This document shows positions 1 to 8,874 of a stretch of DNA of 56,260 nt, piece by piece. The stretch is from positions 1 to 56,260 of the IMG/VR virus record IMGVR_UViG_3300016471_000620; one strand, 5' to 3'. The position numbers were made by a program, and so were the translations under genes. The DNA is from a virus. Its lineage: Duplodnaviria; Caudoviricetes. Numbering within the stretch: position 1 is the first letter of the stretch; the number at the start of each line of letters is the position of its first letter. The notes beneath the pieces were generated by a model that did not search any database, was not told the DNA's origin, and saw only the letters and a program-made list of their open reading frames with translations.

Positions 1-892
1 GATGCAGGGTGACCTGATCGAGCTCATCCGGGCTCGCGAGGTGTTTTCGCGGGCGGGGTCCACCAACATCGCGCTGCCTCCCAGCGGTCGGATGCGATGG
101 GGCAAGCAGACCGGTGCGACCACCGTTTACTGGGTCGGTGAGTCGGTGGCGATCACGTCCAGCGAGCCCACCACGGGCGATCTTGACTTTATCGCCAAGA
201 AATTGGCGGTGTTGGTCAAGCTGCCAAACGAGCTGCTGCGGTTCGGAAACCCTTCGGTGGAGGCGTTCGTGCGAGCCGACATGGCCCGCGTGATGGCGCT
301 CGAAGCGGACCTGGCGATGCTCAGCGGTGCCGGATCGTCCGTCAAGCCCAAGGGCTTGCTGAACTACGCCAACATCCAGACGCACACCGCGTCGACCACT
401 GCGACCGACGGCGACACTTTCGAGCCGGAAGATCCGGCGCTGATGGTCGCGAAGCTGCAGGAAGCCAACCACGACACCGAAGGACTCGGTGCGACCTGGG
501 TTCTGCGCCCCTTGTTCCGCGCGACGATCTTCAACAAGCGTGCGACGCCTTACTCGGGCGGAACGGGCAAGGGCGAGTTTCTGTTCGAGATGGACCGGTC
601 CAGCTCGCAGAACGGCATGGTCGGACGCCTCGGCGGCTACCCTCTCGTGACCAGCACGCAGTTGCCGAAAGACGGCGCCAAGGGGTCCGGAACCGGCCTG
701 TACCAGACGCTGTGCGGCGTGTTCGCGCACTGGATGATCGGCCGCGTTGGTGTGGCCGAATTTGCCTCGTCCAGCACCGGGGACACGCCCTTCACGAACG
801 ATCAGACTTGGCTGCGGGTGATCCAGCACATGGACGCCGGGCCGCGATACGAGGACGCGTTCATCAAGTGCGTCAACCTGATCCTGGCCTAA
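1..892 (+). CDS. Major capsid protein (HK97 fold), C-terminal part; about 496 aa in total
   Basis: HK97-like motifs YWVGE, KKLAVLVKLPNELL, D-x-AMLSG-x-G..PKGLL, GRLGGYPLVTS, F-x-NDQT-x-LR. Confidence 0.92.
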   Translation, partial: MQGDLIELIRAREVFSRAGSTNIALPPSGRMRWGKQTGATTVYWVGESVAITSSEPTTGDLDFIAKKLAVLVKLPNELLRFGNPSVEAFVRADMARVMALEADLAMLSGAGSSVKPKGLLNYANIQTHTASTTATDGDTFEPEDPALMVAKLQEANHDTEGLGATWVLRPLFRATIFNKRATPYSGGTGKGEFLFEMDRSSSQNGMVGRLGGYPLVTSTQLPKDGAKGSGTGLYQTLCGVFAHWMIGRVGVAEFASSSTGDTPFTNDQTWLRVIQHMDAGPRYEDAFIKCVNLILA

Positions 893-971
893 TGTCGGCA
901 GCGACAGGCTAAGTGTCGCTTGAATCGAGTCACACTGGTTTTTCCGCGGCGAAGTCCGCAGAGGTTTGTCG

Positions 972-1376
972 ATGCACGTCGATCTTCGGAATCAGCTTGT
1001 CGGGGCTCCGTCGCAGCTCCCCGGCAGCACAGCCCTGTCCGGGACCACTGCCGCCAACGGGTCGGCGGTGGACTGCGACCTGGCGGACGGCCCCATCTAC
1101 GGGATCTTCAACACCGGGGCCGCGACGGGGTCACCCACAAGTTTCACGGTGACGTGCAAGCTGCAGGAATCCGACACGTCCGGCGGAACGTACACCGACC
1201 TGGTCAGCCAGACCACGCTTGTGCTGTCGGCCGGGTCGACGATGGGGATCATTCAGGGCATTCGCACCAAGCGGTATGTCCGGACCGTCGTGACACCGGC
1301 GTTCACCGGCGGATCGTCCCCCACTGTTCCGACCTCGGCCAACGTCGTCGGCCAGAAGCGCCGCATCGGGACGTAA
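972..1376 (+). CDS. Putative capsid decoration/cement protein
   Basis: Directly after MCP; beta-rich 134 aa with KLQESD...YTDL and KRYVR motifs; followed by a terminator. Confidence 0.6.
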   Translation: MHVDLRNQLVGAPSQLPGSTALSGTTAANGSAVDCDLADGPIYGIFNTGAATGSPTSFTVTCKLQESDTSGGTYTDLVSQTTLVLSAGSTMGIIQGIRTKRYVRTVVTPAFTGGSSPTVPTSANVVGQKRRIGT

Positions 1377-1416
1377 TCCCTGATGCCTGTTTCGCGGCAG
1401 GCCGGGAGCTAAGCGT

Positions 1417-1449
1417 AATCGGGCGGGGCAGAATGCCTCGCCCGATTTT
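1417..1449 (+). terminator. Intrinsic terminator after the capsid/decoration genes
   Basis: AATCGGGCGGGGCA-GAA-TGCCTCGCCCGATT hairpin followed by a short T run. Confidence 0.6.
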
Positions 1450-1483
1450 CAAAGTCCAGAGACCCAGCAGTCGAAGGTGAATC

Positions 1484-1807
1484 ATGCCCCCACAGCCGAA
1501 CGTGCAGGCGGTTTTCAGCGCCGACGTGAGTCTCGACCCAACCGTCGCCGGGATGGCTCTCAACCTGGCCCAGTTGGTCGCCAAGTGCGAGAAGTACAGA
1601 GCCGATTGGGTGGCCCTGATCGGAGACGCCGGCGATTTCTTTCGCACGGCCAATGTCGTGCAGCCGGGGTCTGCGGGGCCCCACGTTGTCCGGGCTGTGC
1701 TGGCCCTGGAATCGATCGCTGCCTCGCTGGCGGTGATCGCCAGCAACGGCAGCCAGACCCAGCAAAACACAGAAACCATCCTCGCAATCCAGAGGGGTCA
1801 ACAGTAA
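1484..1807 (+). CDS. Hypothetical protein
   Basis: AAGGT RBS; stop overlaps the next start (TAATG). Confidence 0.6.
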   Translation: MPPQPNVQAVFSADVSLDPTVAGMALNLAQLVAKCEKYRADWVALIGDAGDFFRTANVVQPGSAGPHVVRAVLALESIAASLAVIASNGSQTQQNTETILAIQRGQQ

Positions 1808-2253
1808 TGGCCTGGATCTCGCTGCTGGCGATTGAATCGCACACTGGTCCCCGCGACCCGGTGCAGGTCAAGCCGCCGATCAACGCTGCCAAGTTCGCGA
1901 TTCGCTGTCCGTGGGACGCCGATTCGCGAGTCGACCCGGGCCGGCACCTCTCGGTCCGGACCTACAAGTTGACGGTCGGAACGCAGACCGCGAGCGCACC
2001 GATCAGTCGCGGCAACTTTGACTCGACGGGCGCTCCGGAGCTCGCGCCGGATGATGTCCCGTTCCCCGGCACGGGTGGCTTTCCGGTCGACCTGGTCGGC
2101 TGGGAATCCAACAACGAGCTGGAATTCCGGCTCCTGCACACCCACGACAACGGAGCCCAGCCAATGGCGGCGGGGCTGCAGGTGAAGTGGTTCAACGCGT
2201 CCGGCGTGGAGCTCACGGCCGACGGAAACGTGGAGCCCAACCCCTCCGAGTAA
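1807..2253 (+). CDS. Hypothetical virion-module protein
   Basis: TAATG coupling at both ends; begins MAWISLLAIE. Confidence 0.6.
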   Translation: MAWISLLAIESHTGPRDPVQVKPPINAAKFAIRCPWDADSRVDPGRHLSVRTYKLTVGTQTASAPISRGNFDSTGAPELAPDDVPFPGTGGFPVDLVGWESNNELEFRLLHTHDNGAQPMAAGLQVKWFNASGVELTADGNVEPNPSE

Positions 2254-3665
2254 TGGCTCTCCCGACAACAGTTGCGACAGGCAGCGGCAGCGGATCGTCG
2301 GCGACGACTGGCACGATCAGTGCGGTGTCGGTCGCAGTCGGCGACGTTGTCGTTGTGCGCATCTCGGAGACCAGCGGTTTCGAGCGCACGGCAACGGTGT
2401 CGGACAATCTGGGGCACACGTGGACGGCGCAGCAGACGGCGCTGAACAGCCGAAAGGCGTACATCTACACGACCACTGTCGTGACTGCCGGGACGATGAC
2501 GGTCACCACGAACTGGAACGCCTCCAACGTCTGGCTGTCCTACGCCAACGTCGTGCGCGACAGCGATGGGGCGGCTGCAGTCGACACGAGCGACAAGTTC
2601 ACCCAGACGGCAACGAGCTGCTTCGCTGCCCAGTCCGGAAACATCGACACGTCCGCCAACGTAGTCGTGCTCGCGGTGTATGCGTGCACGACGGCACGAA
2701 CATGGACTCCGGGAAGCGGGTACTCAGCCGATTCCAGCGGAGCCGGGTTCCTGTTCCAGTCGCTGTCGTCGGCGACGGCGCTGACAGACGAGCGTGCACC
2801 GGCAACGCAGTCCGGGTCGGCACTGCAGAGCGCCGCGGCGGTGATCTCGATCAAGGGGGCCGCAGGATCCGGGACGTCCATCAGTGTCGCTGACACGGGC
2901 TCAGGGTCCGACGCGACGCCGACGATCTCGTGCTCCCTGACGTCGAGCGACACAGGGTCCGGTACCGACGCGGTTTCGTGCTCGGTGTCGGCCCCAATTA
3001 CTGACTCAGGCAGCGGGGCCGACGCGGCGCCGGTGATCACATGCCTGATCTCGGTGGCTGACAGTGGTTCCGGTACCGACTCGGTTGCGTGCTCTGCTTC
3101 GGTGTCGGTGGCAGACACCGCCTCGGGCTCTGATGCAGTTGCGATTGCGGTGGCGGCAGGACCGATCTCGGACTCAGGTTCAGCCGCTGAGTCGGTGTCG
3201 GTCAGTCAGTCGATCCTGATCACCGTCTCCGACACCTGCAGTGCCAGCGATTCGGTCGCGATCATTGTCTCGGTGCAACTCACCGACAGCGGATCCGCAG
3301 CCGAAACCCTGAGCGCGTCCGCGTTGCTCGGGGCGATCACGGATTCCTGCGCAGCGGTCGACGTTGTCGCTCAGATTTCCCAGGGCGTGCTGATCTCGCT
3401 GGCCGACACCGGTTCGGCTTCCGACCAGATCTCAGGGCTGACTGTCACGCTCAGTGTGCCAGACACAAGTGCGGGAGTTGATTCACTGTCAGCCCTGAAT
3501 GCCCAACTGGCCGCGATTGCGGATGCGTGCACCGGGGTCGACGGAGTGACTGTCTCGACCAGTGGCGGCGGGACGCGAGTGGCCACGATTCAGTTCAGTT
3601 CGCGGTCGAAGACTGCTGCATTTTCCCCGGTCGCGAAGTCGGCCGTGATTGTCCCCAACCTGTAA
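2253..3665 (+). CDS. Ser/Thr/Ala-rich repeat protein (putative head/neck fibre)
   Basis: N-terminal beta-rich domain, then about 12 repeats of ~19-21 aa with core D(T/S)GS(G/A)x(D/E). Confidence 0.7.
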   Translation: MALPTTVATGSGSGSSATTGTISAVSVAVGDVVVVRISETSGFERTATVSDNLGHTWTAQQTALNSRKAYIYTTTVVTAGTMTVTTNWNASNVWLSYANVVRDSDGAAAVDTSDKFTQTATSCFAAQSGNIDTSANVVVLAVYACTTARTWTPGSGYSADSSGAGFLFQSLSSATALTDERAPATQSGSALQSAAAVISIKGAAGSGTSISVADTGSGSDATPTISCSLTSSDTGSGTDAVSCSVSAPITDSGSGADAAPVITCLISVADSGSGTDSVACSASVSVADTASGSDAVAIAVAAGPISDSGSAAESVSVSQSILITVSDTCSASDSVAIIVSVQLTDSGSAAETLSASALLGAITDSCAAVDVVAQISQGVLISLADTGSASDQISGLTVTLSVPDTSAGVDSLSALNAQLAAIADACTGVDGVTVSTSGGGTRVATIQFSSRSKTAAFSPVAKSAVIVPNL

Positions 3666-3677
3666 GGAGACAGAGAC

Positions 3678-4232
3678 GTGATGTCGTCAAAACCTAAAAG
3701 TCCGTGGCAGTGGTTCGGGTCGTTAATGACTCTCGCCGTTCCGGCACTGATGCCTCGCGACGCGTGCAAATACACGAGCGAGTGGAGGATAGCGAAGTAC
3801 GCCAGCGACGCGGAATACGCGGCCGGCAATCCCTACGAGGTCTCGATTCTGCCGGGGAACATCACGGTCAATGCGGGCATCCAGCTCATGCTGGACCTGC
3901 TGATCGGGGCGGGGGGAACGGTGTACAACAACGCCAACGCCTACATCGGCGTGGGTGACTCCACCACGTCCGAATCGGCGTCCCAGACCGACCTGCAGGC
4001 CGCGACAAACAAGCTGCGGAAGGCCATGTCCGCTGGCTACCCATCGCGATCCGGGCAGACCCTGACGTTCCGGAGTGTGTTCGGTCCCAGCGATTCCAAC
4101 TACGCCTGGAACGAGTTCGCGGTGTTCAATGCTGCGAGCGCCGGCACGATGTTGAACCGCAAGGTGAACTCGCAGGGAACCAAAGCAAGCGGCCAGACGT
4201 GGACGATCGACCTGGCAATCGTTTGGAGCTGA
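3678..4232 (+). CDS. Virion structural protein (fibre-anchor-like)
   Basis: AAGGAG RBS; YIGVGDSTT...DLQA...WNEFAVFNAASAG-x-MLNRKV pattern seen in phage structural proteins. Confidence 0.6.
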   Translation: MMSSKPKSPWQWFGSLMTLAVPALMPRDACKYTSEWRIAKYASDAEYAAGNPYEVSILPGNITVNAGIQLMLDLLIGAGGTVYNNANAYIGVGDSTTSESASQTDLQAATNKLRKAMSAGYPSRSGQTLTFRSVFGPSDSNYAWNEFAVFNAASAGTMLNRKVNSQGTKASGQTWTIDLAIVWS

Positions 4233-4239
4233 ACCGGCA

Positions 4240-5184
4240 ATGTGGGTCGTCAACGAGAAGGATTCGTTCCAATGCCCGGTGTCGTTCAAGGACGAGACCG
4301 GGGCGGCTGTGACTCCGACGTCGATCAGCTACCAGATCCTGGACGCTGAGACGGGGACCACAATTCGGGGGGCCACGTCGGTCACGGCCGCGTCCACGGT
4401 GACGATCACCCTGACGTACGACGACACGACGCTGGTCACCACCACGCGGCGGCAGGAAGAGCGAATCCTGCAGGTCACAGCGAACTACGGGACGGACTCC
4501 GGCGGAGACCCGATCCAGAAGACCGACACGTACCAGTTTGTGGTGCGGCGGTCGGGACTGACGACAATCGCCAAGCTGAAGTTGTTCCTCGGCGTCGACA
4601 CGACCGTCGAAACCAACGATCCGCTGTACCTGATGCTCATCGACGCCGCGGAAGAGGCGATCCGCGGCTACCTGAACCGGACGCTGTCTCAGGCCACGTA
4701 CACCGAATACTTTGACGGGCCGGGACGCCCTGATCTGCTGCTGACGCATCGGCCGGTCCAGTCCATCACGGGAGTGTGGGTGGACCCGGTCGGATACTAC
4801 GGGCAGGCGAGTGGGTTCGGCTCAGGGACGGCCCTGACGGCGGGAAGCGACTACGTCGTGATTCGGCCTGAGCAGTCGGAGCGGTCCCCCGGAATCCTGC
4901 GGATGCTGTCCAGCCTGTGGGACGGGTCGGGAAGTGCCAACTGGCCGCGGGGACAGGGGAACATCAAGGTCACCTACGTCGCCGGCTACAACCCGGTCCC
5001 GCTCGACGTGCAGGTCGCGACGCACATGCTCTGCGCCCAGATGCTCAGCCAGCGGGAGAAGGGGGTGGCCCTGAAGAGCGAGACCCTCGGCGAGTACCAG
5101 TACGAGGTGCTGGCCCACGCCGAAGACCCGAACATCGGCACGGCTCGGCGGATGCTGAATCGGTATCGCGAGGTCTGCGTATGA
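4240..5184 (+). CDS. Head-tail adaptor (gp6-like) with an extra N-terminal Ig-like domain
   Basis: LTT...KLFLG..D..L..LIDAA...I..Y.NR; IKVTYVAGY..VP.D; KSETLGEYQY. Confidence 0.75.
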   Translation: MWVVNEKDSFQCPVSFKDETGAAVTPTSISYQILDAETGTTIRGATSVTAASTVTITLTYDDTTLVTTTRRQEERILQVTANYGTDSGGDPIQKTDTYQFVVRRSGLTTIAKLKLFLGVDTTVETNDPLYLMLIDAAEEAIRGYLNRTLSQATYTEYFDGPGRPDLLLTHRPVQSITGVWVDPVGYYGQASGFGSGTALTAGSDYVVIRPEQSERSPGILRMLSSLWDGSGSANWPRGQGNIKVTYVAGYNPVPLDVQVATHMLCAQMLSQREKGVALKSETLGEYQYEVLAHAEDPNIGTARRMLNRYREVCV

Positions 5185-5540
5185 GCCTGCGCAGCCTGCT
5201 GAGCCAGACCTGCACGATCAAGAGAGCGGCGATCACGGTGGGATCGACCGGGCTGCCGTCGGTCGCGTACAGCGACAGTTCGACCGGCGTGGCGTGCTTG
5301 CTGCAGGGCAAAAGCGGCCGCACCGTCAACACCGCGAACGGGCTGGACATCACGTTCGACGCGATCCTGTTCGTGCTGCCGGAGACCGACGTGCGACCAC
5401 AACAGGGGACCGGCGATCACCCCGACCAGGTCGTGATTTCCGGGGCGACGTACACCGTGCAGGCGGTGGTCGACCGGTCAGGAAAGTCGAACCACAAAAC
5501 CTGCTACCTGAAGGGACTGCGGGCTCCCGCAGCGGCGTGA
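5181..5540 (+). CDS. Head closure protein
   Basis: Position after the adaptor, ATGA overlap, D-x-V-x-I-x-G-x-x-Y-x-V motif. Confidence 0.65.
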   Translation: MSLRSLLSQTCTIKRAAITVGSTGLPSVAYSDSSTGVACLLQGKSGRTVNTANGLDITFDAILFVLPETDVRPQQGTGDHPDQVVISGATYTVQAVVDRSGKSNHKTCYLKGLRAPAAA

Positions 5541-5544
5541 TCCA

Positions 5545-6099
5545 GTGCAGGTGACGCTCGATGGGCTCGGGCCAGCGGTCGCGACGTTCACGCAGGCCCT
5601 GCATTTCTGGTCGGCTGACACGCAGCGGAAACTGCTCAAAGCCCACAGGTGGGCTGGGCAATACTGGGTCGCGGAAGCCAAGAAGCGCTGCCCAGTGGAC
5701 GAGGGGCGACTGCGGAACTCGATCCGCACCAACACATATGCCGACGGCGGCGGCATCCTGATCACGGAAGTTGGTTCGAACGTCGCGTACGCTCCGCACA
5801 TCGAGTTTGGCACGAAGTACATCGCCAGCGGGCGGGTGAAGCTGATTGGTCTGCGTCCCGACGTGACTGACGTGATCGCGATCCATGACTGGCCGGCCAA
5901 ATCCGGGCAGGCGACTTCTGACACTTCCGCGTCAATTGAGACCCAGGGGGCGGATTACGGTCGACTCCGGAACGCGGAAGGGCAGTTTGTGGCCGGGACG
6001 CAGGAGCAGATGCCGTTCCTGCGGCCCGCGTGGATGCACATCCGACAGCGGGTGCTGGGCTGGTTTCAGGCAGCCCTGCAGCCCCCCGCCCAAAACTAA
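5545..6099 (+). CDS. HK97 gp10-like neck/tail completion protein
   Basis: CPVDEGRLRNSI, VGSNVAYAPHIEFGT, PFLRPA motifs. Confidence 0.85.
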   Translation: MQVTLDGLGPAVATFTQALHFWSADTQRKLLKAHRWAGQYWVAEAKKRCPVDEGRLRNSIRTNTYADGGGILITEVGSNVAYAPHIEFGTKYIASGRVKLIGLRPDVTDVIAIHDWPAKSGQATSDTSASIETQGADYGRLRNAEGQFVAGTQEQMPFLRPAWMHIRQRVLGWFQAALQPPAQN

Positions 6100-6114
6100 C
6101 CAAGCGGTGCACAA

Positions 6115-6555
6115 GTGGCAGACTTGAGTGAGCTGTACGGGACGGTGCGGGCCAAGCTGGTTGGTGACGCTACGCTGATCGCCCTGCTGAGCAGTGCAGA
6201 CGCGGTCTACCAGGAGACCAGCGCCGACATCCGACTGACTGCCCCCTGCATCCTGATGCGGCTGGTGAGCTCGCGGCCGCAGTACGAGATCGACGGGACG
6301 GGCCAATTCCGGCCTGCCTGGCGACTGCGGATCCTGGCCCAGTCAGCAGACCGCTGCCGGGCAATCGAGGCTCGGCTCGGGGCACTGCTGGAGGTCCCGC
6401 TCACCGTCCCAGCGGGCCTTGTGGGGTCCACGCTGCGGATTGTCGAGATGCGGCAGGTCGACTCGCAGGAGGGGGCCGGGTGGATTACCAGCGACCAAGG
6501 GACGGTCGCAACGATCGAAACGATCTGGAATTGCTGCGTCCGCCCGGTATCATAG
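6115..6555 (+). CDS. Tail terminator protein
   Basis: Lies between the gp10-like gene and the tail tube gene; size and N-terminal helix fit. Confidence 0.6.
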   Translation: MADLSELYGTVRAKLVGDATLIALLSSADAVYQETSADIRLTAPCILMRLVSSRPQYEIDGTGQFRPAWRLRILAQSADRCRAIEARLGALLEVPLTVPAGLVGSTLRIVEMRQVDSQEGAGWITSDQGTVATIETIWNCCVRPVS

Positions 6556-6557
6556 GT

Positions 6558-6613
6558 CGCGACAGAGTCGAATCACCTGCCTCTCAACTGCCCGATAACT
6601 CCGGGCCGGAGAA
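6558..6613 (+). promoter_or_regulatory. 56-nt conserved leader element, copy 1 (before tail tube)
   Basis: 42/56 ungapped identity to 55602-55657; hairpin GCCCG-ATAACTC-CGGGC then CGGAGAA. Confidence 0.75.
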
Positions 6614-6619
6614 ATCGAA

Positions 6620-7138
6620 ATGGCCAAGACCGTCGCGAACATCACTGCCGGCCCGGCGAAAATTCTGTTGGGTGGCACGGAGATCCCGCATACCGAGAAC
6701 GGGGTCATGTTCAAGATCAGCCCCAAAAACCGGATGCGGAACGTCGACAAGTACGGGGTGGGGAACATCGCCGTCATCCACACGGGCGACGACGTGCGGG
6801 TGAACACCACGCTGGCGGAGTGGTCGGCGGAGACGCTGTCGATCATCTACAACCCGGGCAACAACACGTCGTCCGGTACCGGGTCGGGCTCGGGGGTGCG
6901 ATACATCGGCGTCGGGCGGTCGGCAGGCTTCATCTACACGACCACCACGATGGACGTTGTCCCGTTTCTTGCGGCCGACTCGGGCAAGGGGGCCTACTTT
7001 GGCAAGGTGACTCCGGTCGGGGAATTCACCGTCGACCACAAGCCTGATTCGGACCGGCTGTTCGCCTGCGAGTGGGTGGCACTTGTGGACGAGACAGCCA
7101 CTGACGGCGAGTTGATCGGCAAGATCCGCCTGCCGTAA
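6620..7138 (+). CDS. Major tail (tube) protein
   Basis: Position in the tail module; begins NITAGPAKILLGG; strong RBS. Confidence 0.7.
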   Translation: MAKTVANITAGPAKILLGGTEIPHTENGVMFKISPKNRMRNVDKYGVGNIAVIHTGDDVRVNTTLAEWSAETLSIIYNPGNNTSSGTGSGSGVRYIGVGRSAGFIYTTTTMDVVPFLAADSGKGAYFGKVTPVGEFTVDHKPDSDRLFACEWVALVDETATDGELIGKIRLP

Positions 7139-7193
7139 TCGTCTGGTCGCCGGCAGCCGCACCTGCGCTTCTAACCCACCTCAGGAACCACAC

Positions 7194-7547
7194 ATGGCAG
7201 CGAAACCATCCCGATACGCGGCGGCCCTGGATGCCGCTCTTGGCTCAGCCGACCAGGTCGCCGACATGGGCATCAGCGGCGAGGCCCAGAACTTGTACAA
7301 CGCCCTGTGGACAGAACAGGGGGGGAAGCTGGAGGACCAGTACAGCCAACCGTGGGAGGAGATGCGGGTGGCGGTTCGGGACGGCGATCGCGGCGCAGCG
7401 ATTCGTGCCGCAACCGAGTTCTTGCTGGCGATTGAGTTCGGGTTTTTCGACCCGAATGGGCCGCCTCCGGGACAGCCCGGTGCGCAGCCGTCCGCGACGA
7501 ACGATTCGTCGGTCGCGGTCGACTCAGTCCGAATCCTGCGGGACTAA
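7194..7547 (+). CDS. Hypothetical protein
   Basis: AGGA RBS; ORF fills the gap in the tail operon. Confidence 0.55.
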   Translation: MAAKPSRYAAALDAALGSADQVADMGISGEAQNLYNALWTEQGGKLEDQYSQPWEEMRVAVRDGDRGAAIRAATEFLLAIEFGFFDPNGPPPGQPGAQPSATNDSSVAVDSVRILRD

Positions 7548-7594
7548 CTGCTGCGCGAGTGCGTGGCTCACGTGCCTCACTTGGAGAGTGATCA

Positions 7595-8110
7595 GTGGAG
7601 CGAGAGCGAACCATCGAGACCAGCGTCGGCGACATCACCGTCGGAATGCTGCAGTGGGGAGGCTACCGCAGGATCAAGGCCGGGATCCTGCAGTTTGTCG
7701 GCGAGAAGCTGGGCGAGACGATCAAGAACTCGTTCAGTGGGTTGCCGGGCGGCGTGCAGATCGACGCGGCTGTCGTTGCAGCCCGCGTTGTTCCGGCCCT
7801 CGCGGTCGAAATCGGCGCGAAGATCGACGATGCAAGCGTCGACATTCTGGAGGCGTGCGGGGTGCCCCGGGCCAAGCTGGAGCAGTGCGCGGCGATCGAT
7901 GTGGTCCGGTTGCGGGAGGCTGCCCACGAACTGAACTCGATTGAGCGGCTGATCGAAGCCGAAAAAAACTTGCTGGGGGGCCTCGTAATGAAGGCCCTGA
8001 AGACCGTTGGATTCAGCCCACCGTCGCTGAGCAGCTTTGGTGGACGGGGTGGGAATCAATCCTCACCCGCGCAGGATGGCCCCGAAGCGAGATCCTTCGA
8101 ACCCCAGTAG
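7595..8110 (+). CDS. Tail assembly chaperone (gpG-like)
   Basis: Between tail tube and tape measure; contains in-phase slippery heptamer A AAA AAC at 7963-7969. Confidence 0.7.
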   Translation: MERERTIETSVGDITVGMLQWGGYRRIKAGILQFVGEKLGETIKNSFSGLPGGVQIDAAVVAARVVPALAVEIGAKIDDASVDILEACGVPRAKLEQCAAIDVVRLREAAHELNSIERLIEAEKNLLGGLVMKALKTVGFSPPSLSSFGGRGGNQSSPAQDGPEARSFEPQ

Positions 8111-8478
8111 ACGAGGTCTTCGCGCATATCATCCACGCCCGGAGGGCCGAGAGTGATGACCGTCTCTGGCAGATCCGCGCGGCGACCGCGCCGCACATGG
8201 AAGTGGAGGGCCAGAGACGAATTCAGGCCTCCGCGGCGGCGCTTGCCGACATCGGCCGGCCCAGAAAAAAAGCCTTCGAACTCGCATCCCGGGAAGAGCG
8301 CATCATCATGATCGGCGGGGACTACAACAGCGCCGGTCAATCTTTCGTCGATGCGAACCGCGACCAGATCAACTGGCTCGAATCGCAGGGTGTGATGCTC
8401 GAAGAAGCGGCCGCCCGGGCCAATGCCTGGCTCGAAGGCCGCATGGCTGATCACGCACGCTGGAAGGGAGGCGAGTAG
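7963..8478 (+). CDS. -1 frameshift extension (gpGT-like)
   Basis: The -1 frame is open from 7945 to the stop at 8478 and encodes ...GWPRSEILRTPVDEVFAHI... Confidence 0.6.
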   Translation, partial: KKLAGGPRNEGPEDRWIQPTVAEQLWWTGWESILTRAGWPRSEILRTPVDEVFAHIIHARRAESDDRLWQIRAATAPHMEVEGQRRIQASAAALADIGRPRKKAFELASREERIIMIGGDYNSAGQSFVDANRDQINWLESQGVMLEEAAARANAWLEGRMADHARWKGGE

Positions 8479-8480
8479 CA

Positions 8481-8870
8481 ATGCCGGCGGCGAGCACAGT
8501 GTCATTCACCATCGGCGGGACGACCGTCACTGTGAACGGCCCGGCCGGTGCGACCGATGTGTCGGCACTGCCCATGACGGCGGTTGATCGGGCCGCCGAT
8601 CACACACTCTGGAGCTACAAGTACACCAGCACCAAGAAGTGGGTCTGGTCGATGACACTGACGGACCTGACGGCGGCCCAGAAGGATGCGCTGGAGGACT
8701 TTTTCACGGACACAGCGATCGGACCCAGCAACGCTTTTACGTACGTTCACACCGACGGCGCGAGCTATTCGAGCTGCCGGTTTGTGATCACTGAGCTGAA
8801 GTGGCAGCGAGTGAACGAACGCATCTGGAGCGTGCCGGTTCAGTTCGAGGTCCCCTCACAGGTGGCGTGA
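8481..8870 (+). CDS. Minor tail protein (distal-tail/gpM-like)
   Basis: W-x-MTL..LT......LEDFF....G...F-x-Y pattern typical of Dit/gpM-like proteins. Confidence 0.55.
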   Translation: MPAASTVSFTIGGTTVTVNGPAGATDVSALPMTAVDRAADHTLWSYKYTSTKKWVWSMTLTDLTAAQKDALEDFFTDTAIGPSNAFTYVHTDGASYSSCRFVITELKWQRVNERIWSVPVQFEVPSQVA

Positions 8871-8874
8871 TTCG

